Source: an uncultured Acidobacteriaceae bacterium
Lineage (GTDB): Bacteria; Acidobacteriota; Terriglobia; Terriglobales; Acidobacteriaceae
Direction: 5' to 3'
Length of the DNA: 64,000 nucleotides
Assembly: GCA_963774255.1 (NCBI GenBank)
Contig: CAVZEH010000024.1
Coordinates: forward strand, 59,610 to 123,609
Shown: piece after piece, positions 35,459 to 44,610 of the stretch
Position numbering within the stretch: the first letter of the stretch is position 1
Layout of the letters: each line of letters opens with the position of its first letter
Translations under genes and position numbers: made by a program
Notes under the pieces: generated by a model
Databases searched by the model: none
What the model was told of the DNA's origin: nothing
What the model saw: the letters and a program-made list of their open reading frames with translations, nothing else

Positions 35459-37132
35459 TTACACTTCCAGGCTCTGAAACGAGCTTTCCGCAACCTGTCC
35501 GGCCAACTGAGCGCGCAGTTCGTCGTCGCTCTGCCGCGCAAAGAAGGAGCGCAGGTTCTCCCCCGGGTTCCGTTCTTCCAGGTAGCCGCGCAAAAGCCGT
35601 TCGACGGCTTCCGGCACTTCGCTCGCGATGCAGCGGTAGCCCAAAGGCCGGCCCGTGGCCTGGTGCAGGCCGACGGAGCCGCCCACGTAAAAATTGAATG
35701 CATCCACCAGTTTGCCTTCGTGTTTCACCTTCTTGCCTTCTAAGCCTATGTCGGCAATCCAGTGTTGCCCGCAGCTATTGGGGCATCCCGTCACGTGCAA
35801 TTTGATCTGCTGATCGAAGCCGGGCAGCCGCTCTTCGAGATCATCCACCAGCCAGCGCAAAAATCCCTTGGTTTCGGTAATCGCCAATTTGCAGAACTCG
35901 GTACCCGTGCAGGCGATGCCGCCGCGCCAGAAGCTGGAACCCTCGACCGGCAGGTCGATGGCTGTGAGTTCGCGAGCCAGCGGCTGGACATTCGCTTTGG
36001 GCACGTTGGTCACGATGAGGTTCTGCATGATCGTCGTGCTGACGTGGCCGTTGCCGAAGCGTTCCGCCAGATTGGCGGCTTCGCGCAACTGCGCCCCGGT
36101 CATGCGTCCGCGCAGTACCGAAGCTCCCACGGAGAAGATCCCCTCCTGCTTCTGCGGGTGAATCCCAACATGGTCGCGGACAATGTCATCGGGAACTGTT
36201 TCCTCAACTGCCTCGTCGAGCCGATAGCCAAGCCGTGAATTGAGATCGTCCAGAAAACTCTCCGCAGTCCAGCCCTGGCGAAGAAACAAATACTTCATGC
36301 GCGCCCGGTCTCTGTGTTCCCGCAGGCTTTCCTGATCGCGGAAGAGTTCGGCAATCTTCAGCGCGACAGTGGATACCTGGTCCTGACGAATGAAAGCGTC
36401 CAAACGGACGGCCAAGTGGGGCTCCTTGGAGAGGCCGCCGCCCACGCGCACCGAAAACCCCGTTTCTTGCCGGCCAGCGCTCTTGCGCACCGCGGGTGTG
36501 AAACCGATATCGTTAATCTCCGGGTAGGAACACCAAACCGGGCAACCGGTAATGGAAATCTTGAACTTCCGGGGCAGGTTATAAAGCTCCGGATTCACTC
36601 TCAACCCGTGTGCGATCTGCAGCGCAAAGGGCGAAGCATCGATGATCTCATCGGCGGCCAAGCCGGCCAGAGGGCAGCCGGTCACATTGCGAACCACGTC
36701 ACCGCAGGCCCCCCGCGGCGACAACCCGATCGCCTCCAGCCTTTGTATGATCTCCGGCAAATGTTCAATGGTGAGCCAATGCAGTTGGATACTCTGCCGC
36801 ACTGTGATATCGGCTAAATCGCGGCCGTACTCCTCCGCTATATCTGCAATCACCCGCAACTGCGCCGAGGTCGCCAAGCCGTTGGTCAGAGGGATGCGCA
36901 TCATGAAGTACTCGGTCACATTCCCTTCGCCACCTTTGCCGCCGGTAGCTCCCAGACCATCTCCCTGAGTGTAGATTCCCCACCACTTGAAATATGAAGA
37001 CGCCCACTCTGGCGAAACGGAGGCTCTGCCGTCGCGCGCGAAGGCCCGGATTTCATCCATAGCTTCCCACGGGTTCTTCTCGCGCTTGATCCGTTCCGCT
37101 CGCTGCGCCTTCGTTTCCTTGACCTCGGTCAT
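35459..37132 (-). CDS. Ferredoxin-type sulfite/nitrite reductase hemoprotein (siroheme-[4Fe-4S])
   Basis: Start MTEVKETKAQRAERIK. Cys cluster GGIACTGTEFCKLA ... VTGCPNSCGQHW. Duplicated NIR_SIR halves. It sits next to the siroheme synthesis genes. Confidence 0.85.
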   Translation of the reverse strand: MTEVKETKAQRAERIKREKNPWEAMDEIRAFARDGRASVSPEWASSYFKWWGIYTQGDGLGATGGKGGEGNVTEYFMMRIPLTNGLATSAQLRVIADIAEEYGRDLADITVRQSIQLHWLTIEHLPEIIQRLEAIGLSPRGACGDVVRNVTGCPLAGLAADEIIDASPFALQIAHGLRVNPELYNLPRKFKISITGCPVWCSYPEINDIGFTPAVRKSAGRQETGFSVRVGGGLSKEPHLAVRLDAFIRQDQVSTVALKIAELFRDQESLREHRDRARMKYLFLRQGWTAESFLDDLNSRLGYRLDEAVEETVPDDIVRDHVGIHPQKQEGIFSVGASVLRGRMTGAQLREAANLAERFGNGHVSTTIMQNLIVTNVPKANVQPLARELTAIDLPVEGSSFWRGGIACTGTEFCKLAITETKGFLRWLVDDLEERLPGFDQQIKLHVTGCPNSCGQHWIADIGLEGKKVKHEGKLVDAFNFYVGGSVGLHQATGRPLGYRCIASEVPEAVERLLRGYLEERNPGENLRSFFARQSDDELRAQLAGQVAESSFQSLEV

Positions 37133-37510
37133 CTCATCCTTTCCTTGAACAGGAAATAACCTGTGAAAACAGAAAATAGTGGGCCGCGCTGGAGCAGGCA
37201 CCCTGGTTTCCTAAAATTGTTTGTGAGGATTCCTTAGGAACGGCCCGCGCGGCATGATGGGATCATGCGACAACATTCCGTGCGCGAACGGCGAGATAAG
37301 GACATACTTGCACTCTATGCCTAGCCAGGGTTCAAGTCAAGCGAACCCAACTGCCTTTGTTGACACACCTCAACAGCCAACGATATATAAGAGGGTTCCC
37401 AAGCTCAAGGCCTGGAACGATTTGCCCATCGTGATGTGCCCATCCGGCGGCAGACAAAAACCTAACGATCTACTACAATCCCGTGCTCGAACGGGAAGGA
37501 GAGCAGTCCT

Positions 37511-38737
37511 ATGAACTCTGATTTTTCGCGAAGAAGCCTGCTTAAGGGAATGGCATCCAGCGCCTTGCTGCCGGCGCTTTTGAAAGACGCCCCTGCGCAG
37601 GCGCAGACGGCGGGCGCGCGACCGGTGGTGCCGGAATCGCCGGAACAGATAAAAGCGCAAGTGCCGGATGCAAGAAGAGGCAAATGGTGGCTTGGCCACG
37701 GCATGCCGCAGGAGGGTCCGGATACGCCCAAGATAGCTGCTCCGATCGGCGCTGGCCGCGGCGGCGACATGACCCTTGCGATTCGGAAGGTCACTCAACT
37801 CGGGGTAACTCATGTCCTGGGCGGCGGAGGGCCGATCCCTTGGACGGTAGAGCAGCTCCAGCCGATGGTGAACCAGTTGAAGGCCGGAGGCGTCACCCTC
37901 GGCAATCTGATGATCGCCGGCTTTCCTAATACAATTTACGGACGGCCTGGGCGTGACCAAGAGATTGAGAAGGTCAAGCAATCGATCGAAGCGGCGGGCA
38001 AGGTGGGTGTTCCTGTCGTCGAATACAACTTCTACGCTCATCGCGCCATTGAAGGCTATTTCGGGGAAATCGGCAGAGGCGGCGCCGGGCTGACCGGCAT
38101 GGACTATGACCGCATGAAGAACCTGCCGCCCCTTCCCGCCGAAGGCACGCACAACATGGAGGAAATGTGGCGCAACATCACCTACTTCCTCAAGGCGGTC
38201 ATTCCGACGGCGGAGAAAGCAAAGGTCCGGTTAGCCCTTCATCCTAACGATCCACCCGTGCCGCTCAGCCGCGGATCGCAACAGATCATGGGCTCGGTCG
38301 AGGGCTGGAAACACCTGATCTCAATCGTGGACAGTCCGTCGAACGGCATCACCTTCGACTGCGGTGTCACCCGCGAGATGGGGCATGATCCGGTCGAAGT
38401 CTGCCGCTACTTTGGAACCAGGGACCGCATCAACCACGTGCATTATCGTAATCCCACCATCTTCACGCCCTACGTAAAGTACGTGGAGGGCTTTATCGAC
38501 GAGGGCGACAACAACATGCTGGCGGTGATGCAGGAGCTGGTGCGGGTTAAGTACACGCGCGAGGTTTATCCGGAACACGAGCGGGCGCTGGACGCCGACC
38601 GGGAAACAGGCATTCGCAACCAGTATCCTCAAGGCGGCGGATACACCGGCATGGTTTTCGACATCGGATATGCAAAAGCGATGCTTCAGGCTGCGCTGAT
38701 TCTGGAGCGGAAAGGCGCGGCGAACAAGAAAGCTTAG
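37511..38737 (+). CDS. Mannonate-dehydratase-like (UxuA family / TIM-barrel) protein with Tat signal
   Basis: MNSDFSRRSLLKGMASSALLPALL twin-arginine signal. LALHPNDPPVPLSRG...ITFDCGVTREMG...INHVHYRN resembles UxuA. Confidence 0.6.
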   Translation: MNSDFSRRSLLKGMASSALLPALLKDAPAQAQTAGARPVVPESPEQIKAQVPDARRGKWWLGHGMPQEGPDTPKIAAPIGAGRGGDMTLAIRKVTQLGVTHVLGGGGPIPWTVEQLQPMVNQLKAGGVTLGNLMIAGFPNTIYGRPGRDQEIEKVKQSIEAAGKVGVPVVEYNFYAHRAIEGYFGEIGRGGAGLTGMDYDRMKNLPPLPAEGTHNMEEMWRNITYFLKAVIPTAEKAKVRLALHPNDPPVPLSRGSQQIMGSVEGWKHLISIVDSPSNGITFDCGVTREMGHDPVEVCRYFGTRDRINHVHYRNPTIFTPYVKYVEGFIDEGDNNMLAVMQELVRVKYTREVYPEHERALDADRETGIRNQYPQGGGYTGMVFDIGYAKAMLQAALILERKGAANKKA

Positions 38738-38878
38738 GGGTGCTTTCGGGGTCTCCCACGTCCGAGAATCCGGACGTGGGGCACCCAGGCCCTTCTCGTC
38801 CGTTTTTGCCTTTCTTTCTGTCATTCCCGCAGGGAATCTGCTTCTGGTCTCTCGAAAGAGAACTTCCCTTCCAGAACC

Positions 38879-39547
38879 CTAATCCGCGGTGCTGATCTGA
38901 TGGCGCACATCGGCGCCGCGCACCCAGAAAATCACGTCCTTGGCGATGTTGCTGGCATGGTCCGCGATCCGCTCCAGGTTGCGGGCTATCAGAATCGTAT
39001 TCAGCGCCTGCCGTGCGATTTCGGGATTCTCCTGCATCTCCCGCATCAAGTCTCTATAGGCGATCCGGTTCATGCGGTCGATCTCATCATCCATCATCAC
39101 TACGGCGTCGGCCGTTTTGGCGTCGGCATCGAGTAACGCCTGAAGGGCGGAACGAATCATTCGCGATGCATGCTCTGACATTCCCGCAATATCCACTGGC
39201 AGCTCGAGGTCGGGGTAGCCGAGCAGGTCCTGTGTTCGAATGGCGATGCTCATCGACTGGTCGCCAATTCTCTCCAGGTCGCCATTGATCTTGATCACGG
39301 CGAGAATAAAGCGCAGGTCAATCGCCATGGGCTGCTCTTTCGCCAACAGCTCATAGGCCATCTCGTCGACCTCCCGCTGCGCCGAGTTGATAGCAGTCTC
39401 GTTTTCCCTGACATACTGGCAAAGGCCGGCATCGCGCTGCAGGTAGGCATCCGCGGCTGCCTGGACGGCTTGTTGGGCAAGAGCCGCCATGGCCAACAGC
39501 TTATCCTTAAGCTCTGCGAGTTGCTGCTGAAAATGGATCCGAGGCAA
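38879..39547 (-). CDS. phoU: Phosphate signalling complex protein PhoU
   Basis: 222 aa, two PhoU repeats (E..INS..REVDEMAYELL; DDEIDRMNRIAYRDL; ERIADHASNIAKDV). Confidence 0.85.
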   Translation of the reverse strand: MPRIHFQQQLAELKDKLLAMAALAQQAVQAAADAYLQRDAGLCQYVRENETAINSAQREVDEMAYELLAKEQPMAIDLRFILAVIKINGDLERIGDQSMSIAIRTQDLLGYPDLELPVDIAGMSEHASRMIRSALQALLDADAKTADAVVMMDDEIDRMNRIAYRDLMREMQENPEIARQALNTILIARNLERIADHASNIAKDVIFWVRGADVRHQISTAD

Positions 39548-39600
39548 ATTTCCCCCTCACTAGGAATTGTGCATCACTGCTTATGACAATTTGAATAAAA

Positions 39601-40347
39601 TCAGCCCAGCCGCCGCTCGGCCTCGTTCGTCGCCTCGTAGATCTGCTCAAAGGATTCAACCGCGTACAGAACACTCTGCATCTCGGAGGTGGAGAACGAC
39701 TGGTTGAGAACCCGGTCAACATCGAAGTCCCGGATCTCGGGTCCGCCTGCAATTACATAGTTCGATTCCCCATGCGACGAGATCAGTCCACTCCCATAGA
39801 CCTTGATGCTTCCCCGCTGGCGGATCACTCCAAACTCGACCGTGAACCAGAAGAGCCTGCCCATACGCTCTAACGCGTCCTTGTCGGTCAGAGCCGCGCA
39901 GACCTGCCCATAGTGCTCAAGGAAATCGGCAAAGACCGGGTGGGCGTGCATGGGGACGTGGCCGAAAACGTCATGGAAGATGTCCGGTTCGGGAGTGTAT
40001 TCAAGCGAACTGCGGCTTCTAAGCCAGGTGGTAGTGGGGAATTTTCTTTCCCCCAGCATCTCAAAGAACGCCGCGCCGGGTAGAAAGCCACTGACCGCGG
40101 CCGCATTCCAGCGGGTAAGAGGCCCCAGGCGCTCATTGACCTCGGCCAAATCCGGAATCGCATCGGCGCGCAGCCCGATCTGCTCAAAACCCTGGAGATA
40201 TTCCTCACACGCATGTTCCCGGAGCTGCGGCAACCGGCGGCCCACCAGTTCCGCCCAGACGGCGTGCTGCTCCCCGCTATACGCGGACCAGTCTTGCTGG
40301 ACTAAAAACGGCCCCGCGTGCCTTAATTTGGGGCAACGATCGCTCAT
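39601..40347 (-). CDS. phhA: Phenylalanine 4-monooxygenase
   Basis: Start MSDRCPKLRHAGPFLVQQDW. Iron ligand region PEPDIFHDVFGHVPMHAHPVFADFLEHYG. Confidence 0.85.
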   Translation of the reverse strand: MSDRCPKLRHAGPFLVQQDWSAYSGEQHAVWAELVGRRLPQLREHACEEYLQGFEQIGLRADAIPDLAEVNERLGPLTRWNAAAVSGFLPGAAFFEMLGERKFPTTTWLRSRSSLEYTPEPDIFHDVFGHVPMHAHPVFADFLEHYGQVCAALTDKDALERMGRLFWFTVEFGVIRQRGSIKVYGSGLISSHGESNYVIAGGPEIRDFDVDRVLNQSFSTSEMQSVLYAVESFEQIYEATNEAERRLG

Positions 40348-40659
40348 CCTGTGTTCCCTTCGCTCAATTGCTTCGTCAAACCTGTGGCCTGGGGAAATTC
40401 GGCTTGGTGCAGCTTTTCTCTTACGGAAAAGCTGTGTTCGGCTGGGTTCCCGCTTGCGCCTGGAGTAAAAATGGCTAGCGGCTAAACCACCCAAGATTGC
40501 ATCTCTACAACAAGAGTGTGAGCCGAAGCTAAACAATAGTGTCAATCCAGCGTACCCTTTCCCCCATAGTCAAGTGCTACCGGAAGGTATATGTTGTTTA
40601 GTCGTTGCACCCAAGACGTTTTTATAGCGTATTCACTGGACCCCTGGAGCATGGATTGT

Positions 40660-41766
40660 ATGTCCACCGTTCTGCACCAAGAAATTGCACTGCCCAAGCA
40701 AGATTTCCTCCCCTTAAACAGTACCGACTACATCGAGTTCTACGTCGGCAACGCCCGCCAAGCCGCCTACTTCTATCGGATGGCCATGGGTATGAGTTTG
40801 ATTGCGCATGCGGGACCGGAAACGGGCCAGCGTGATCGCGCTTCATTCGTTCTTCAGCAGGGAAAAATCCGTTTTGTCCTGACTACGCCCCTGCGGCCGG
40901 ATACGGAAGTAGCGGACCACATTCACTGCCACGGGGATGGGGTTCGCGATGTGGCGCTATGGGTGGATGATGCGCGGTGGGCTTGGAAAGAGAGCACTAA
41001 GCGTGGGGCCCGGAGCATACGCGAGCCATTCGAGCTCAAGGACGGCAATGGCACGGTGAAATTGGCGTCGATAGCGGCTTACGGCGACACCATCCACACC
41101 TTTGTTGAGCGGCACAACTACCGCGGTGCCTTTTTACCGGGATACAAAGCGGCGCCGGACGATCCTCTGGCGCGTCCCACAGGTTTGGCCCAAGTGGATC
41201 ATATTGGCGGAAGCGTGGGCTGGGATGAAATGAACCGCTGGGCCAACTTCTATGCGAACGTGATGGGCCTTGGCGTTTATAAGGAGATCGCGGCGGAATC
41301 TTCCGCAAAGGTGATGGCGAGCGGCAATGGCAGGGTGAAATTTTCCATCAGCGAGCCACGCGAAGCCCGCTACAAGTCCCAGGTGGAGGAGTATCTCGAG
41401 TCTTACCACGGCCCCGGCATCCAGCACATCGCGCTGTCCACCACCGACATCCTGTACACAGTCGCCAAAATGAGGCAGCAGGGCGTAGAGTTCCTCAAAG
41501 TGCCCCACGCGTACTACACGGATCTCGAAAGCCGCGCCGGCAGGATCGACGAGCCGATCGGGGAGCTGGAGAGACTAGGCATTCTGGTGGATTGGGACGA
41601 CGACGGCTATATTCTGCAAGTCTTCACCCGCCCGGTAGAGGACCGTCCGACTCTATGCTTCGAAATCATCCAGCGCAAAGGCAGCCGGAGCTTCGGCAGG
41701 GATGAAAACTTCAAGGCGCTGCTGGACAGCCCCGAGCTGGAACGAGCGCAGCGCGAACACCGGTAA
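40660..41766 (+). CDS. hppD: 4-hydroxyphenylpyruvate dioxygenase
   Basis: MSTVLHQEIALPKQDFLPLNSTDYIEFYVGNARQAAYFY...GPGIQHIAL...FEIIQRKGSRSFGRDENFKALLDS. Confidence 0.85.
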   Translation: MSTVLHQEIALPKQDFLPLNSTDYIEFYVGNARQAAYFYRMAMGMSLIAHAGPETGQRDRASFVLQQGKIRFVLTTPLRPDTEVADHIHCHGDGVRDVALWVDDARWAWKESTKRGARSIREPFELKDGNGTVKLASIAAYGDTIHTFVERHNYRGAFLPGYKAAPDDPLARPTGLAQVDHIGGSVGWDEMNRWANFYANVMGLGVYKEIAAESSAKVMASGNGRVKFSISEPREARYKSQVEEYLESYHGPGIQHIALSTTDILYTVAKMRQQGVEFLKVPHAYYTDLESRAGRIDEPIGELERLGILVDWDDDGYILQVFTRPVEDRPTLCFEIIQRKGSRSFGRDENFKALLDSPELERAQREHR

Positions 41767-41845
41767 TGGCGCCGAAAAATGACTTGGAAAATGATTTAGG
41801 AAATGATCTAGGATTAACTTTGAGCGATTGACGCTCGAGGATCCC

Positions 41846-42400
41846 ATGCGAACCCTGCTGGCGCTACTGTTGACGGGACTGTTGCTCGGGTCCGGAGCGT
41901 CCGCCAAGCAGACCAACAAAACCGACCTTAAATTGACTGCTTCGATCGATACTGCAGCCCCCGAGCAGCAGCCGATCCTGGTGGTGCACATCATCAACCA
42001 GTCCGGCCACACACTGCGGATACCCGATCCGCCGCTTCTATGCAAACCGGCTCCAGGCGCGCTCTCTCTCACCGTAAAGTTTGTCCCGGAAAATGCGAAT
42101 CAGTCCCATTCGACCGTCGACTGCGGCCTTGAAGTGGATGGCAGCGGACTCCCCGACATCCGCGAGCGCGCCCAAAGCTGGCTGGTCCTGAAAGCAGGAC
42201 AGGACTACGAGGCGCGGCGGCCCTTGGCCATGGGCGTGGACACCAACGCTCATGGAACTTACGACCTGTGGGTCGTGTACGACGGCCCCTGCGCCACCGA
42301 CGAAGACGTGCAGAAATTGAAGAACGCGTCGATCGCCGCGCCCATCGGAAAATTCCAGTCCGAAAAGCTAACCTACAAAATCAACGCGCCCAAGGACTAG
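41846..42400 (+). CDS. Hypothetical secreted protein
   Basis: Signal peptide MRTLLALLLTGLLLGSGASA. No assignable family. Confidence 0.5.
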   Translation: MRTLLALLLTGLLLGSGASAKQTNKTDLKLTASIDTAAPEQQPILVVHIINQSGHTLRIPDPPLLCKPAPGALSLTVKFVPENANQSHSTVDCGLEVDGSGLPDIRERAQSWLVLKAGQDYEARRPLAMGVDTNAHGTYDLWVVYDGPCATDEDVQKLKNASIAAPIGKFQSEKLTYKINAPKD

Positions 42401-42404
42401 TGCT

Positions 42405-43244
42405 CTAGCCGACGGTGTTGACTAGCCTCCCAATACCGGCGATTGTGATCCGAATCTCGTCCCCCGGATTGAGGGTAAAAGCATCCGGTGGAACAATACC
42501 GGTGCCGGTAAGCAGGAAGCTGCCGTGCGGGAAGCTGTTCTCGCGATAAAGATATTCGAGCAACGTGATCACCGGGCGTTTCAACTCTGCCAAAGTTGTC
42601 GAGCCGGAAACTTCAACCTGCCCACCGCGCAAAATCTGCAACGAAATCTCGGTCGAGGCGGGCATCGGGGCTGAAGAGATCAGGATCCCCGGACCTAATG
42701 CGCAACTGCGATCGTAAACCTTAGCCTGCGGCAGATAGAGCGGATTCTCACCTTCAATATCCCGCGAGCTCATGTCATTGCCTATGGTGTATCCCACGAT
42801 TTTTCCGCCAGGACTGGCGAGCACCGTAAGCTCCGGCTCGGGTATGGACCAGGCCGAATCCCGGCGAATGGCCACTCTCCCTTGATGGCCTACAACCCGC
42901 TGAGGAGTGGATTTAAAAAAGAGCTCCGGGCGCTGGGCGGAATATACGCGATCGTAGAAGTCCCCTCCCCCGGACGACTTTGACTCCTCCATTCGAGCAT
43001 TGCGGCTGCGAAAATAGGTGACTCCCGAAGCCCAGACATCCTGACTCTGAATGGGAGGCAGCAGCAATCGCTCGATATCCTCGAAGGCCGTTGCATCGAG
43101 CGCATCGAGCTGGGGAATGCGTTGCTCGAGATAGCTCTCAAGATCCTCGCGCGTGACCAGGCGATCCCAGGTCGGATCGCTTCCTGCGTAGTATCGATTC
43201 TGCCGCTCAACCAAGTAGCCGCTGGCAGTTCTATAAAGCTTCAT
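42405..43244 (-). CDS. Fumarylacetoacetate hydrolase (FAH) family protein
   Basis: 279 aa. The C-terminal FAH-fold pattern ([21 protein letters not shown]...LTGTGIVPP) sits next to the Phe/Tyr catabolic genes. Confidence 0.7.
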   Translation of the reverse strand: MKLYRTASGYLVERQNRYYAGSDPTWDRLVTREDLESYLEQRIPQLDALDATAFEDIERLLLPPIQSQDVWASGVTYFRSRNARMEESKSSGGGDFYDRVYSAQRPELFFKSTPQRVVGHQGRVAIRRDSAWSIPEPELTVLASPGGKIVGYTIGNDMSSRDIEGENPLYLPQAKVYDRSCALGPGILISSAPMPASTEISLQILRGGQVEVSGSTTLAELKRPVITLLEYLYRENSFPHGSFLLTGTGIVPPDAFTLNPGDEIRITIAGIGRLVNTVG

Positions 43245-43416
43245 GCTCTCTTTGCCTTCCTGATCCAGCTATTTACCGTTCGAGTATAGCTCCCGCCAAA
43301 GCGGCGGAGTTCCGGGATGCTCGCTTGCGAGTTCCATTCGATTTCAGATTTATTTCGCGATTGACCAAATCCAACTTCCACAGCGCGGCTTCTATTTGGC
43401 AAAGACTGCTTTTGCT

Positions 43417-43528
43417 TTTCTTTCTGTCATTCCCGAAGGGAATCTGCTTCTGGTCTCTCGGGTTTACTCGAGACGATGAAATGGCGTAATGCGAACAGCA
43501 GATTCCCTTCGGGAATGACAGAAAGAAA
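43417..43528. repeat. REPIN-like doublet (family 2)
   Basis: A perfect 32-nt inverted repeat TTTCTTTCTGTCATTCCCGAAGGGAATCTGCT at 43417-43448 and 43497-43528 (inverted), with a 48-nt spacer. Confidence 0.8.
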
Positions 43529-43573
43529 GGCCGGTACGGCAAGAAGTAAAACAGAGACGGGCGCCTCTTCCTC

Positions 43574-44590
43574 TCAGGCGGACGGCGTGTGGCTGCGCAA
43601 TTCGCGAACGATTTCCTCCGCCGCGGCGCGCGCCATGTTCTCCTTGTCCGGCGGGAAGGAGATGGCGCCTACGCGGGCGTGGCCGCCACCGCCATATCGC
43701 TCGCAAATCGCGGAAAGATTGACCAGGTCTTCAGGACGCGTCTTGGTCCAGGGATTGGTGCCTACCGCAACTTTGGTGCGGAAGCTCGACTTGCTCAGGC
43801 CAACGCTGTAGGTCGCTTCAGGATGCAGGAAGTAGGGGATGAACTTGTTGTAGCCCTCCGCCGGCACATCTGTGATGTCAAAATAAATCACCCCATCCAC
43901 CGACTTCGACCGCTCGCCAATGAGAGCCAGCGACGCCATGTGCCGTTCGAGCAAAGGGGGAAGCAACTCGGCGACAAACGGCTGAGAGAGAATATCCTTC
44001 AGACTCATTGAAGTGAGCAGAGGAATAAGCCGCGGTATTAGTTTTGGATCCTGGTTTGACTCGATGATCAGGGTTAACTTCATGGCCGGCTCCGCCATTT
44101 CGACAGCGGCCTGCGCGCTTGGATAAAAAGCTCCGTCGACGATGTCGGCCCAGCGCACCAGCTCGGCTACAGGAGCCGGATCGAATCCGAAGCAGGTCTC
44201 CGCGATGTGCGCGATCAAGCCGGTGCAAGAGGCGTAATTGGGATCGTAAAATTGGCGGTTGCGCTGTACGCCATCCTCTTGGCCGCGCAGGAAGTTCTGC
44301 TGGTCCTCAGGGGTAAGGAATGCGCTGAGGTGGTGATCAAACCACCAGGTAACCCGGGGCGAAGAGGAGTACTTGAAGTCCACAATCGCATTTTCGTCGC
44401 CGCTAAAATCCGACTCGCTGAACAGCGCGCCCGCGCGGTGGACCAGGCCTTGGTATCCATATTCCGCGTCTGGGCGGATGCAATCGCGATGGAAGCGCGT
44501 GAAGAGTGAAGCGGAGCAGGCTCCGTCGAAACACTTATCGTGATACAAAACGCGAACGTTCAAATAGATGCCCCCAGCCCAACCAAACAT
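43574..44590 (-). CDS. DHH/DHHA1-family phosphoesterase (NrnB-like)
   Basis: VRVLYHDKCFDGACSA near the N-terminus and the DHHA1 signature YGGGGHARVGAISF near the C-terminus. The start is uncertain (ORF open to 44704). Confidence 0.55.
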   Translation of the reverse strand: MFGWAGGIYLNVRVLYHDKCFDGACSASLFTRFHRDCIRPDAEYGYQGLVHRAGALFSESDFSGDENAIVDFKYSSSPRVTWWFDHHLSAFLTPEDQQNFLRGQEDGVQRNRQFYDPNYASCTGLIAHIAETCFGFDPAPVAELVRWADIVDGAFYPSAQAAVEMAEPAMKLTLIIESNQDPKLIPRLIPLLTSMSLKDILSQPFVAELLPPLLERHMASLALIGERSKSVDGVIYFDITDVPAEGYNKFIPYFLHPEATYSVGLSKSSFRTKVAVGTNPWTKTRPEDLVNLSAICERYGGGGHARVGAISFPPDKENMARAAAEEIVRELRSHTPSA

Positions 44591-44610
44591 CAATTGAGGA
44601 ATGACTAGGA

